A stretch of 40,000 nucleotides of DNA from an uncultured phage cr112_1: sequence record MT774388.1; one strand, 5' to 3'. Within the stretch, counting starts at the first letter, position 1. Each line of letters starts with the position of its first letter. Made by a program: the position numbers and the translations under genes. Shown here one piece after another: positions 10,516 through 19,966 of this stretch. The notes beneath the pieces are model-generated. The model worked only from the letters and a program-made list of their open reading frames with translations, had not been told where the DNA came from and did not search any database.

Positions 10516-10968
10516 TTAATTCAATTTGAATTGACTCTTGAGGTCCTCTATAAGTTTATTGACCTCTTCTTTAGTATAATAATTAGATAAATCTCCTGCA
10601 ATCTGCACATTAGATTTAACTTCTATACTATTAACCATTATATTACTATTTGTTAGTGTATTATCACACTGACTGGCATCATCTACAATAGTAAATACTG
10701 AGGATTCAGTTATTCTTGCATCATAGTCTTTTGACCAAGATGCTTCAAAGCTATAATTACCAATCCTTGTATTCCTTCCTTTTATTGTAAACTGGACTTG
10801 ATTAGTATTCAGAATAATATAATCTGTTATTTCAAGCTTCCTGCCATTACTATTCACATAAATAGTAAGGTTACTTACTGTATCTAAGTCTTCCTTGATA
10901 GGAACTCCATCAACTACCTTAGTTATACTCCAAGTAACCTTAATATCATTTCCTCTCAAAATGTTCAT
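10516..10968 (-). CDS. Small tail-associated protein sharing the N-terminal domain of the large fibre
   Basis: MNILRGNDIKVTWSITKVVDG...SFEASWSKDYDAR parallels MEIVKGNDIKVVWAITKTVDN...SFEVSYSKGYDAR. Confidence 0.7.
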   Translation of the reverse strand: MNILRGNDIKVTWSITKVVDGVPIKEDLDTVSNLTIYVNSNGRKLEITDYIILNTNQVQFTIKGRNTRIGNYSFEASWSKDYDARITESSVFTIVDDASQCDNTLTNSNIMVNSIEVKSNVQIAGDLSNYYTKEEVNKLIEDLKSQFKLN

Positions 10969-10980
10969 TATTTATCCTCT

Positions 10981-11430
10981 TTATGTAGCAGGAGCAGCCT
11001 CAATAGTTACTGGAATAGTTGTACCATCTATCAAAGTAAGAGTTCCACTTGTTATAACTCCAGCAGAGTCTTTAATAAGTTTTAGACTCTTTACACTCTT
11101 TGAGAATGTATTCCATACATTATAAAATTCTTGTCTTCCAGATACAGGCTTTGTAAGATTAGTTCTCATTTCACCTACATCCTGCATATCTTTATCTGAA
11201 TAATCATTGGTAGATAATCCCTTACCTGCTACAGCCTTTACAGCATCAGTAATCCCATAACCTTCCAAGGTTGTAGGTTTATTAGTTACATTATCAAAGG
11301 ATATAGAACTGTCTTTACCTAAGACAGTCCATTCTCCATTATTAAAATATCTTGCAGTACCTTTATACAACCATAGCATATTGGTTGGTACTGGATTAGG
11401 TGATATTGCTATTCCATTTAAATTTTTCAT
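10981..11430 (-). CDS. Tail/structural hypothetical protein
   Basis: 149-aa ORF within structural operon. Confidence 0.6.
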   Translation of the reverse strand: MKNLNGIAISPNPVPTNMLWLYKGTARYFNNGEWTVLGKDSSISFDNVTNKPTTLEGYGITDAVKAVAGKGLSTNDYSDKDMQDVGEMRTNLTKPVSGRQEFYNVWNTFSKSVKSLKLIKDSAGVITSGTLTLIDGTTIPVTIEAAPAT

Positions 11431-11434
11431 ATCA

Positions 11435-13858
11435 TTATTTATTAGTAGTACTTGGTTTTTTCTTTAAAGCTTGCCTCTTAATACTTGCATCAGTTCTTGC
11501 CTTTTCTTTATCAAGTTCCAACTTCTGCTTGTCAAGCTTTAACTTCTCATCAAATTCTCTTATTTTCTCTTCAAGAGAAGCCTTAGCTTCCTCAGAAAAT
11601 TCATCTGGGCTAATACCATCTCCTTCTATATCATTTTTTGATAACTGAGCTACAATAATCTTAGTCTGATTGTCTCTTATATTAGCTTGCTCTTTCTGCT
11701 CCAATTCAGCCTGCTTCTGCTGTAATTGAGCTTGAGCTACTTGCTGTTGAGCTTCAAGTTGCTGTTGTTGTTGCTGAGCCTGTCTTTCTCTAATATCTCT
11801 TTCATCTTTCTCAATAAGTCTTTGTTTCTCTGCAAGAGAAGATGAAGTATATAGCTTAGTAATAGTAGAGAATGACAATGTCTGAGTCTGAAGAGCTGAC
11901 TGAGCCAAGGTATCTAATTTAGCCTGAAGTTCCTGGGTTCCATTACTATTGTCTACCACTAAACCATAGTCAGCTTCAGCAAATTCATCACCATCAATTT
12001 CCATTATTCTTGTTGATGTATCAGATAGTATATACTGGAACTTCTTACTTCTTCCTTTCATTGCAACCTTAGCTGTTTCAAGAAAGGCTTCAAGTACTCT
12101 TTTCTTAACATCATCATGGGTTACAAACAACCATTCAGTAATATGACTTGATTGAAGAGTAGCTCTTTCTACTCCACCAACAGTTTCTCTATTAGATATT
12201 TGCCCTTCCCTTTGTTTTGTGATACCAACAACCTCAGACATCTCTATCTTAATAAATTCAAGAAGATTTATCTGCTGTTGTATATAGTTTCCTATGTTAG
12301 TTTCTAACATACCTCTGCTTGCATTGTTAAGACCACCTGCAAGCTTTCCAGTGGCAGCACCTATATTACCTTCCTTAAAACTGTCAACTACTGCAATATG
12401 ATTAGTTCTTGCAAAGTATATCCATTTTTCAACTTCCCAACCTCTTGGAATCTTAGCTAAATCAAGCTCAAGAATTGAGCCCCAATTTGAAGCAATAGCC
12501 TTATTTAATCTATCATGAATAGCATCATATAAATAATTATAAGGCTTCATCATATCTACAAGAGAGAAAGGTTTAGTATCATTAAGGTTATATACTGAAC
12601 CAATAATACCAAAATGGCACCTTGATGGGTTACTAAGTCTATTGTACTGAATAACTCTTGGACCCATATCAATGAATATACCATCTTTTGCATCTCCAAT
12701 CAATGTTCCTTGCCAAGCTTCATTTATCCAGAATGATTGTGACTCTTCCCCATTATCCTTATCTATTACATAATTCTCAGGATAGAAATCATAAGTTTCT
12801 TCCCCTGTCTGAGGGTCATAGGATTTAACCTTCAATATCTTCTTCTTGGACTTCCAGTACAATCTAAGTACTCTCAAGTTACCTGCAAGGTCATAAGGAA
12901 GTAAAGAACCAGCAACTCCTTCAGAGAATAATCCAGCAGGGTCAAAAAAGTATGAACCATCAGAAACAGTTACTTCATCTCCCATCATACTTGGGTTGAC
13001 AAAACCAAACCTTTCATCTATATTGTCCATACTGTCAGTAGCAGCCTGACCTACATGGTCAGGAAGATTTTCTATATACTCTATATCCTTCTTGGTAAGA
13101 GAATCATAATAAGTATCAATTACTCTTCCTGGACTCCAGTAATCTTCAAGTATAATAATATCTGCATCCTCAATCTTATTACTGTATCCACTTTTGAATA
13201 CTCTAATCTTTAGAGGATTAATTCTTTCAAGAGTTGGCTCACCACCTACAATATCACATTGATAAATCTCTTCACCAACTGCCATTGCATCCATAAAGCC
13301 CTGATTGAATATCAAAGGTATATTATACTCTTTAATATAATGATTAAGCAGAGCATTAGCTCTTATCTCTCTTAGGTCTTGCCACTCATAAGTATAATAA
13401 TCATTAAGCTTCTCAAGCTTATTATTGAAATCATCCTCTGAAACAGAGTTATCTCTCATGAGCTCCTGAAGGTCTTGTAATAGGGCATTCTTCTTATTAG
13501 TCTCTATTTCAGATATTGCAGTTGGGTTTGTTACTACTACCCTGAAATCAAAAACTCTCTTTGATTCTTCACCCTTAAGTACATTCAACTTACTATTGAT
13601 TATAGGATAGTGTTGCAGTCTCTCAGGTATATAACCTGCCTTAATATCATCAGGATTAATAATAATCTCAAGGTCTTGCATGTGCAATCTTCCATTCAAT
13701 AAATCATAATTTATCTTCTTATGAATTACTGATTTTCTAACTAAATTATAGTTGAAGAATGTCTTTTGGTTAGCCCATAACAGACAGTCCTTTCTCCATT
13801 GCTTTGTTTTCTTAGAGAAAGGAAGCATCTGTCTGGGAAAGTTTATATTATCTGCCAT
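11435..13858 (-). CDS. Portal protein (crAss-like type)
   Basis: 807 aa, located directly downstream of TerL; Gln-rich C-terminus; composition and position typical of phage portal. Confidence 0.8.
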   Translation of the reverse strand: MADNINFPRQMLPFSKKTKQWRKDCLLWANQKTFFNYNLVRKSVIHKKINYDLLNGRLHMQDLEIIINPDDIKAGYIPERLQHYPIINSKLNVLKGEESKRVFDFRVVVTNPTAISEIETNKKNALLQDLQELMRDNSVSEDDFNNKLEKLNDYYTYEWQDLREIRANALLNHYIKEYNIPLIFNQGFMDAMAVGEEIYQCDIVGGEPTLERINPLKIRVFKSGYSNKIEDADIIILEDYWSPGRVIDTYYDSLTKKDIEYIENLPDHVGQAATDSMDNIDERFGFVNPSMMGDEVTVSDGSYFFDPAGLFSEGVAGSLLPYDLAGNLRVLRLYWKSKKKILKVKSYDPQTGEETYDFYPENYVIDKDNGEESQSFWINEAWQGTLIGDAKDGIFIDMGPRVIQYNRLSNPSRCHFGIIGSVYNLNDTKPFSLVDMMKPYNYLYDAIHDRLNKAIASNWGSILELDLAKIPRGWEVEKWIYFARTNHIAVVDSFKEGNIGAATGKLAGGLNNASRGMLETNIGNYIQQQINLLEFIKIEMSEVVGITKQREGQISNRETVGGVERATLQSSHITEWLFVTHDDVKKRVLEAFLETAKVAMKGRSKKFQYILSDTSTRIMEIDGDEFAEADYGLVVDNSNGTQELQAKLDTLAQSALQTQTLSFSTITKLYTSSSLAEKQRLIEKDERDIRERQAQQQQQQLEAQQQVAQAQLQQKQAELEQKEQANIRDNQTKIIVAQLSKNDIEGDGISPDEFSEEAKASLEEKIREFDEKLKLDKQKLELDKEKARTDASIKRQALKKKPSTTNK

Positions 13859-13930
13859 AGTCTTCCATATTTAATTTTATTACAAAAGTAAGTAAAAATC
13901 TCCACTTAACCAAGTATATAAGTGATTTCT

Positions 13931-16177
13931 TTATTGAAGTGCTTCATTCAAACTAAATTTACTGAATTTATTTGGGTCCTTATAATTAAGAGTGAAGAAT
14001 TTATCATTTCCAAGATAATCCTTTGGTATTGAGCCCTGGTCTTTTGAAGGATTTCCCTGATATAATATCATCTTCTCTTCTCTATATAACATGACCATAC
14101 CTAATGCCCTGATTCTATCCACATTTATCTCTGGGTTAAATGCAATTAACTCTTCAATTAATGCTCTATTTCTCAGGTTAAACAGATTATATGTAGTTAC
14201 CTCTGAGCTTTCTATACCATTCTGCACAGTAAATGTTACAGGCTTCATTAGCCAATCTCTAATAAGATTATTGGCATACATATTAATAGCTGCTGTAGCA
14301 TTAACACCTTTTTGGTTACTTCCAAAGTTACTGTACTTAATAAGCTGTTTATCTCTTAAATACTCAGGAGTATCAGCTAATAAATGAGTACAATTCATCT
14401 TCTTAAAGTAAGCAAAGATACCCTTTTTATTTGATTCATACAGACAGGTTGCATTATAAAATAAACACAGAAGTCTTACTATTTCAAAGTTATCATCTGC
14501 AAATGCCTGTCTACCAGTATATTCAGCTACAATCTTATCAGTCCATAAGTCAAGAACAAAGGTAGATGATAGAGATGAAGACTCAGCTTGGTCATTATCT
14601 ACAGGGTCATGACCTATAATGTATCTTGTATTTGGGACCTTTCCAGACCTATCCTTTTGAGGCATCTCAAAGATTTCTACAGCCCCAGGAGTATCATTCT
14701 CAACTCCATATTTTCTAATTGGGACATCATCAGTTAAGATAAACTCTACTTCTTCTTTACCCTGAACTAACTTACCTACATATACATCATCAAAGGCATG
14801 TACATCTTGGTCTATCTGACTTAATCTCTCTGTAAGAGAAGTGATAGGGAAGTAGGCTGCTTTAACTTTAATAATAGCTTCTGCTGGTGTAATAGGGTCC
14901 TCAGCAATTACTCTAAGTACTGATTGTGGGTCTGCACTATATTTAGCTTTATATCTTGCAAGAAGAATCTCTATAAGAGCCTTAACTACATCAGATACTC
15001 CATCTTCATTATAACAACCAGCTCTATTAATATAAGCAGGAAAGAAGTACCCAAAAGTAGATTTACCTTGCTTTGGTTTATCATATACATTATCAAGTGC
15101 ATATATATTATAACCTTCAGGATTATATAACAGTGTTTTAGCAGAGGTAAAATCTGACTCTTTTTCACTGGCAGTACCTACAAGATATTGGCATGCAAAA
15201 GTATAATCACCATCCTCTACTGATTTCCTTGTTACATCATACAAAGAAAGAAGGTCTTTGAAGTTACCCATCTCTTCATATAATATCCAACCTCTCTTAC
15301 CTCTTAACTTACCAGAGTCATCTTTAGCTGATACAGCCATTACTTGATTTAATGAACCTTTCTCAATGCCATATTCATCCTTATAACCCATCTGCCAAGA
15401 CATCTCATTAGGAGAGTTCTTTAACATAAGGTGAGGGAAAGGGGTATTAGCAAAACTAAAGTTAATTGCAGGTTTGAACTTAGAAAGGGTACCATCCTTA
15501 TCATCCTTCAAATATTCTTTCTGATAAGCTGTAAGTACTGTAATAACCCTTCTTTTGGACTCCTCACTTTCTCCAAGTATAAGATTATGTCCCATAATTG
15601 CAGAAAGAGAATATGATTTACCACAACCTCTCTTTGCAAGTTCAATTCCATGATGACCTTTCTCTCTTGCCTGATACAAGTAATGGAATCTCCAATCTAT
15701 GCCTTCAAAAAAGAAGGGAAAAGACTCCTTTCTAATGGCTTTCTTCTTCCCTTTCTCTACTACATTAACAAGCATAGGTTGATAGTTAAGAAGCCAATAA
15801 TGATAGCCTGAAATCCAGGCTCCATCAGACTTCCTAACATAACCTTCCCAGCATCTTCTTCTCTCTTCATCCCAGAACTTTCTATACTCAGAATTGGGAT
15901 TACTATTAGGTTTTAGAAAGGTATAACATCCATGCTCCATATAATGAATAGCTGCTTTTCTAAAGTAGTTAGCATCTGTCATTATAGGAGGATTAGTAAC
16001 ATCTACAATAGCTCTTCCCTTTTCATCTCTTGGTAAATCTTTATAATAGGGTCTGTTAGGAGATATTAATCTCTTGACAAACTCTACACTACCAAGAATC
16101 TCAAGTAATTGCTCCTGAACCTCCTGAGGAAGGGTATTCATTAGTTCCTCAGTTAGTTCAGTCTGATATTTATTCAT
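13931..16177 (-). CDS. terL: Terminase large subunit
   Basis: Walker-A-like ELAKRGCGKSYSLSAI, Walker B GWILYEEMG, nuclease-like IIGHDPVDNDQ; start taken as MNKYQTELTEEL. Confidence 0.9.
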   Translation of the reverse strand: MNKYQTELTEELMNTLPQEVQEQLLEILGSVEFVKRLISPNRPYYKDLPRDEKGRAIVDVTNPPIMTDANYFRKAAIHYMEHGCYTFLKPNSNPNSEYRKFWDEERRRCWEGYVRKSDGAWISGYHYWLLNYQPMLVNVVEKGKKKAIRKESFPFFFEGIDWRFHYLYQAREKGHHGIELAKRGCGKSYSLSAIMGHNLILGESEESKRRVITVLTAYQKEYLKDDKDGTLSKFKPAINFSFANTPFPHLMLKNSPNEMSWQMGYKDEYGIEKGSLNQVMAVSAKDDSGKLRGKRGWILYEEMGNFKDLLSLYDVTRKSVEDGDYTFACQYLVGTASEKESDFTSAKTLLYNPEGYNIYALDNVYDKPKQGKSTFGYFFPAYINRAGCYNEDGVSDVVKALIEILLARYKAKYSADPQSVLRVIAEDPITPAEAIIKVKAAYFPITSLTERLSQIDQDVHAFDDVYVGKLVQGKEEVEFILTDDVPIRKYGVENDTPGAVEIFEMPQKDRSGKVPNTRYIIGHDPVDNDQAESSSLSSTFVLDLWTDKIVAEYTGRQAFADDNFEIVRLLCLFYNATCLYESNKKGIFAYFKKMNCTHLLADTPEYLRDKQLIKYSNFGSNQKGVNATAAINMYANNLIRDWLMKPVTFTVQNGIESSEVTTYNLFNLRNRALIEELIAFNPEINVDRIRALGMVMLYREEKMILYQGNPSKDQGSIPKDYLGNDKFFTLNYKDPNKFSKFSLNEALQ

Positions 16178-16490
16178 TGCTACCATTGCATAACTCCTTA
16201 AAGTTTTGTGTATTAATATACTCCAGAAGAGATTTGGTAATAGAAGTGGTTAGGAGGGAAAGAGCTTTAGTTTCTTCTGCATCAGTAACAATTCTATTAG
16301 AATACTGAGCACCAAATGCAGGTATCTTTTCACTCTTACTTACAAACCAAACTTGCATTCTATAAGTCTTCTGTGACTTAACTACAGGGTTAGTATCTAT
16401 TATCTTATGTAATACAAAGTATCCCTTTCTTCTATTAGGAAAGCCTTCATAATATACATTAAGTCCTTCTACTATATCATTTATTTCCAT
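16170..16490 (-). CDS. Hypothetical protein
   Basis: 106-aa ORF overlapping the terL start. Confidence 0.6.
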   Translation of the reverse strand: MEINDIVEGLNVYYEGFPNRRKGYFVLHKIIDTNPVVKSQKTYRMQVWFVSKSEKIPAFGAQYSNRIVTDAEETKALSLLTTSITKSLLEYINTQNFKELCNGSNE

Positions 16491-16588
16491 AACTATTTAT
16501 AATTAAATGTATATCCTAAATAGGATTTCTTATTTACATGGGAGTACACTATAAATTTATTATCCATAAATACCTAATATACAATGGG

Positions 16589-17131
16589 TTAGAGGTCCTC
16601 ATATATTGCTTTTTCTTGTGCTCCTCTAACCTTATCATTTTGTGCAAGTTCCTTAACAAGTGCTCTTTCAGCTTCATCAAGGTCTTTAATTAAAGAAGGT
16701 ATTTGTTTAATGGTAGCTGTTACTGTATTTAAGGTATATACAGGCTTACCTTTATCATCTTCCTTAGTAAGGTCAATATCTCTCAATAGCTGCCTCAATT
16801 TGTCTACTGCAACTCTTGTATCTTCAAGAAGTAATGCTGAAGTTGTTTTAAAACTTGCATATAATTTCATTGCTTCTTTAACAGTAGTATCAGGTTCCCA
16901 ATTAGGTCTTAAGCCTTCTCCTTCCTTAATGGATTTAGACCTTTCTTCTCTATCAACTATATATTGATAGTCACTCCTTGGGTCTTCCATAAAGTAACAG
17001 TACCCAAGTTCCATTATAGCTCTTTCTTTTGATGCTGACTTATCTCTATTCCATACTTGTCTAAATGCTTTAAGTGCCAGAGCCTCTTCTGAGATTGTAA
17101 GGTTATAACCTTCATATCTAAATAGTTTCAT
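16589..17131 (-). CDS. Hypothetical protein upstream of terL (packaging or structural role possible)
   Basis: 180-aa ORF; helical, charged. Confidence 0.65.
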   Translation of the reverse strand: MKLFRYEGYNLTISEEALALKAFRQVWNRDKSASKERAIMELGYCYFMEDPRSDYQYIVDREERSKSIKEGEGLRPNWEPDTTVKEAMKLYASFKTTSALLLEDTRVAVDKLRQLLRDIDLTKEDDKGKPVYTLNTVTATIKQIPSLIKDLDEAERALVKELAQNDKVRGAQEKAIYEDL

Positions 17132-17140
17132 ATCCTAAAT

Positions 17141-17174
17141 AAAAAAAAAAAGCCCGCCTTAATTAGGCAGGCTT
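17141..17174 (-). terminator. Rho-independent terminator
   Basis: Minus-strand AAGCCTGCC-TAATTA-GGCGGGCTT stem followed by T11. Confidence 0.85.
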
Positions 17175-17178
17175 AAAA

Positions 17179-17595
17179 TTAGTTCAATTCAAGCTTAGGA
17201 GTGTCAACCACAATGGTTGGATTCTCATCAAACTCCTCAATCTCTGCAACATATTTGATATCATTGTCAAATAGATATAGGTGAGGAACACCTTCAATAT
17301 CTATTATATCAAACTTGTAACCTTTTACTGGATTGTCTTTAATAACTCCATCTTTAAGAGTACCTTCTCTATGCTCTCTTACTTCATATCTTTTAGGGTT
17401 AATAAATACTGTATCTCCTACTTCAATACCTTTCACCATTGGTCCAACAGCTACCACAGTTTGGAACTCTTTAATTGTTCCTGATTTTGAGGCATCCAGT
17501 AGAGTTGTTCCTTTAATATATTGCTTGTCATCATACTTGTTCATGGTAGTTACAAGACCATTGAACATTGGTTTAATCTTCTTTACAGTTATCAT
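17179..17595 (-). CDS. GroES/co-chaperonin-fold-like protein (tentative)
   Basis: EFQTVVAVGPMVKGIEVGDTVFINPKRYEV...HLYLFDNDIKYVAEIEE resembles the Cpn10 TVVAVGPG...VKVGD.V pattern. Confidence 0.45.
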   Translation of the reverse strand: MITVKKIKPMFNGLVTTMNKYDDKQYIKGTTLLDASKSGTIKEFQTVVAVGPMVKGIEVGDTVFINPKRYEVREHREGTLKDGVIKDNPVKGYKFDIIDIEGVPHLYLFDNDIKYVAEIEEFDENPTIVVDTPKLELN

Positions 17596-17854
17596 TTTTC
17601 AATTGTTTTAACTTCTCAAATCTCTTCTTAACTCCCATCATTCTATCATAAGTACATGATAGTTTACCTATTGAAGGTATATTAAAGTTAGTTCTTAACT
17701 TATCAAACTCTTCTTTAGTAAGGTCTTCCTTTAGTGGCAAGGATTTTATGGACTCCCTTATAAACTTCCAGTAAGATTCATAGGCTTCTTTTACCACTTC
17801 TACTGGTATTCCAAGTTCAATTGATACCTGTCTTAATGCTTCTGAATATATCAT
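17573..17854 (-). CDS. Hypothetical protein
   Basis: 93-aa ORF in operon. Confidence 0.6.
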   Translation of the reverse strand: MIYSEALRQVSIELGIPVEVVKEAYESYWKFIRESIKSLPLKEDLTKEEFDKLRTNFNIPSIGKLSCTYDRMMGVKKRFEKLKQLKNDNCKED

Positions 17855-18234
17855 TGAAACTCAAAGAATAACATTAATTTAAATGAACCTGTATCTTCAT
17901 CCATATTAGGAATAAACTTTGGATTAATCTTTCCATCAATAATAATCCTATTCTTTCTGAACTTACCCATGATTACTTGAAAATGAGCTGGAGAAATATT
18001 ACATTCCTCTCTTACCTTTCTCTTAGTATCTTCATTCATTGTAATCTGGTCAAGTACTTCTGGGTCAGTTATAACCTTACTTAACTTGTATCTTATTCTC
18101 ACAAAAGCTGTTATAACTTCCATTTCTCTTTCTGTAAGATTGTGAAATGGTTGTAGAAACTCAAACCAATATTTAAAGAAATTCCCATCAGCCTTGCAAG
18201 GAATCCTAATTACTCCATCTGCTCCCTTGCCCAT
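17851..18234 (-). CDS. Hypothetical protein, possible helix-turn-helix
   Basis: 127 aa; LTEREMEVITAF...CNISPAHFQVIMGKFRKNRII. Confidence 0.55.
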   Translation of the reverse strand: MGKGADGVIRIPCKADGNFFKYWFEFLQPFHNLTEREMEVITAFVRIRYKLSKVITDPEVLDQITMNEDTKRKVREECNISPAHFQVIMGKFRKNRIIIDGKINPKFIPNMDEDTGSFKLMLFFEFQ

Positions 18235-18243
18235 ACTACCTCC

Positions 18244-18549
18244 TTATTCTTTATTCTCTTCAGGAGCCTCTTTTTGCTCTGTAGGTTCTGCCATAAGAGA
18301 CTCAAATTCAGAAGTACATTTCTTGATAAATTCTTTATCCAAAGGCAAATCAGGAGTAGTAATAATTCTCCATAGCCATTCAAGTCTCTTGAAGAAGTTA
18401 GATAGATTAGCTTCTTCTAAACTTTTAGCAAGTTGCTGATTCTGTAAATATAACTGTCTTGATTGCTCTGAAACCTGATGTAGAGCATTCTTTAACTCTT
18501 CCTCATTAAGAGGTTGTCTCATCTTTAATGCTGATGTATTTTTATCCAT
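18244..18549 (-). CDS. Hypothetical coiled-coil protein
   Basis: 101-aa ORF. Confidence 0.55.
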   Translation of the reverse strand: MDKNTSALKMRQPLNEEELKNALHQVSEQSRQLYLQNQQLAKSLEEANLSNFFKRLEWLWRIITTPDLPLDKEFIKKCTSEFESLMAEPTEQKEAPEENKE

Positions 18550-18760
18550 TCTTATTACTTGTTAAATAACTTCCACCATATCTTTGTCCATATAATTTCT
18601 CCCAAGCAAATATACTGGAAGAATCCATCTCTGTACCTCCACACTTAGTACAATAGTCAGTACCATCTGCACTTCTTATTGCTAAAGATAAGCAATGATG
18701 ACAGTAGATAACTGGTTCAGCATTATAATCAACCTTATTTTCGTCTTCTCCCTTATCCAT
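18542..18760 (-). CDS. Small zinc-ribbon-like protein
   Basis: CHHCLSLAIRSADGTDYCTKCGG: two CxxC pairs. Confidence 0.65.
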   Translation of the reverse strand: MDKGEDENKVDYNAEPVIYCHHCLSLAIRSADGTDYCTKCGGTEMDSSSIFAWEKLYGQRYGGSYLTSNKNG

Positions 18761-18768
18761 AATATTGC

Positions 18769-18912
18769 TTAGTTATAATATACTAAATATATTTGTCCTC
18801 CAAGAGGGAACATACTAACAATGTCCTCCTTCTTAATCTCAAGCTCAATAGCTTGTTTTATAACATCTCTAACTGTTGTACCTACAACAGCAGTAATCAC
18901 TTTTCCATTCAT
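18769..18912 (-). CDS. Small hypothetical protein MNGKVITAVVGTTVRDVIKQAIELEIKKEDIVSMFPLGGQIYLVYYN
   Basis: 47-aa minus ORF found by direct translation. Confidence 0.4.
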   Translation of the reverse strand: MNGKVITAVVGTTVRDVIKQAIELEIKKEDIVSMFPLGGQIYLVYYN

Positions 18913-18935
18913 TCTTAGTGTATTTAATTAATTGG

Positions 18936-19003
18936 GGGCAAGCAAGGAGTCGAACCTTATCTTTAGCCTATGAAACTAATGTGCTACCATTACACCAACT
19001 TGC
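18936..19003 (-). tRNA. tRNA-Met-like (anticodon CAT), imperfect acceptor stem
   Basis: D-arm GTGTAATGGTAGCAC, anticodon arm TTAGT-TTCATAG-GCTAA, T-loop TTCGACT. Confidence 0.6.
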
Positions 19004-19006
19004 AAG

Positions 19007-19078
19007 AGCAGATAGAGAGACTCGAACTCTCACCTAAAGATTGGAAGTCTATAGTACTAACCTTTATACTATATCTGC
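19007..19078 (-). tRNA. tRNA-Gly (TCC)
   Basis: Acceptor GCAGATA/TATCTGC; anticodon loop CTTCCAA; T-arm GAGAG-TTCGAGT-CTCTC. Confidence 0.9.
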
Positions 19079-19092
19079 ATTTTAATTATTTG

Positions 19093-19163
19093 AGGGAATG
19101 CCCAGAATTGAACTGAGAAATCTGCTTTACAAGAGCAGTGTTTTACCATTAAACTACAAACCC
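19093..19163 (-). tRNA. tRNA-Thr (TGT), two acceptor mismatches
   Basis: Anticodon arm CTGCT-CTTGTAA-AGCAG; T-arm CTCAG-TTCAATT-CTGGG. Confidence 0.7.
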
Positions 19164-19171
19164 ATTATGGT

Positions 19172-19246
19172 ATCTCAAGAGGGGGTCGAACTCTCACTTT
19201 TACAGGGCTTAAACCTGTTGTGTCTACCAAGTTGCACCATTGAGCC
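19172..19246 (-). tRNA. tRNA-Leu-like (TAA), short variable region
   Basis: Anticodon arm ACAGG-TTTAAGC-CCTGT; T-loop TTCGACC; acceptor imperfect. Confidence 0.6.
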
Positions 19247-19247
19247 A

Positions 19248-19724
19248 TCATTCAGTCAGCATGAATCTAAATACATACTGATTAATCTTTAGTATGAATG
19301 TCTCTGTCTCAGATTTAATACCAGCACATATAGTTGTTTCTGGTATTCCATCATAAAACTCTTTGGTCTTATACTGTACATACTTCATGAATTCCTTTGT
19401 TGAAGTAGCATTGAAAGGAGTACCATGAACTGTATTAAAGTCAAAAGAAACTCCAGTAATACCCATAGCTGATTCAGCTACCAAGTCTTGAAAATCACCT
19501 ACTTCTTCAAGGAAATCATCTAAGTATAGATGTGCTCCTCTTTTATCTCTGTTTGGAAGTTTGAGAGAAGCCCAATGTACATTCTTAGTTTGAGTTTTAA
19601 TACCCTCAAGAACATTCACATATTCATGAAAGAATCTGAATAAACCAGCATCCTTATCTTCTTCCATTACTGTTTCTTCTCTTTGAAAACCTTCCAATAG
19701 ATTGTCTCCAAATGTATCTATCAT
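19248..19724 (-). CDS. Ferritin/Dps-like four-helix protein (tentative)
   Basis: 158 aa; LEGIKTQTKNVHWASLKLPNRDKRGAHLYLDDFLEEVGDFQDLVAE resembles the Dps K..HWN...H..L..... pattern. Confidence 0.45.
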   Translation of the reverse strand: MIDTFGDNLLEGFQREETVMEEDKDAGLFRFFHEYVNVLEGIKTQTKNVHWASLKLPNRDKRGAHLYLDDFLEEVGDFQDLVAESAMGITGVSFDFNTVHGTPFNATSTKEFMKYVQYKTKEFYDGIPETTICAGIKSETETFILKINQYVFRFMLTE

Positions 19725-19798
19725 ATTGTTTTAATTTGATGTTACAAAGATATGTATTATAATTTATATATGCAAGTAAATCTGCATATTTTTTTTTG

Positions 19799-19873
19799 TA
19801 CCCTCAGTAGGAGTCGAACCTACAGCCTTCTGAGCCTAAATCCAGAGTGTCTACCAAATTCCACCAAAGGGGC
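19799..19873 (-). tRNA. tRNA-Leu-like (TAG), imperfect
   Basis: D-arm region GGTGGAATTTGGTAGACAC, TTTAG in loop, T-arm GTAGG-TTCGACT-CCTAC. Confidence 0.6.
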
Positions 19874-19884
19874 ATTATAAGTTG

Positions 19885-19957
19885 TGGAAACTAATGGAGT
19901 TGAACCATTATCTAAGGATTTTCAGTCCCCCGCATAGACCACCTTTGCTAAGTTTCC
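19885..19957 (-). tRNA. tRNA-Phe (GAA)
   Basis: Acceptor GGAAACT/AGTTTCC; loop CTGAAAA; T-arm AATGG-TTCAACT-CCATT. Confidence 0.88.
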
Positions 19958-19966
19958 ATTAATAAG

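Noticed and set aside
19098-19292. Plus-strand 64-aa ORF
   Set aside because: Translates antisense tRNA-Thr and tRNA-Leu sequence.
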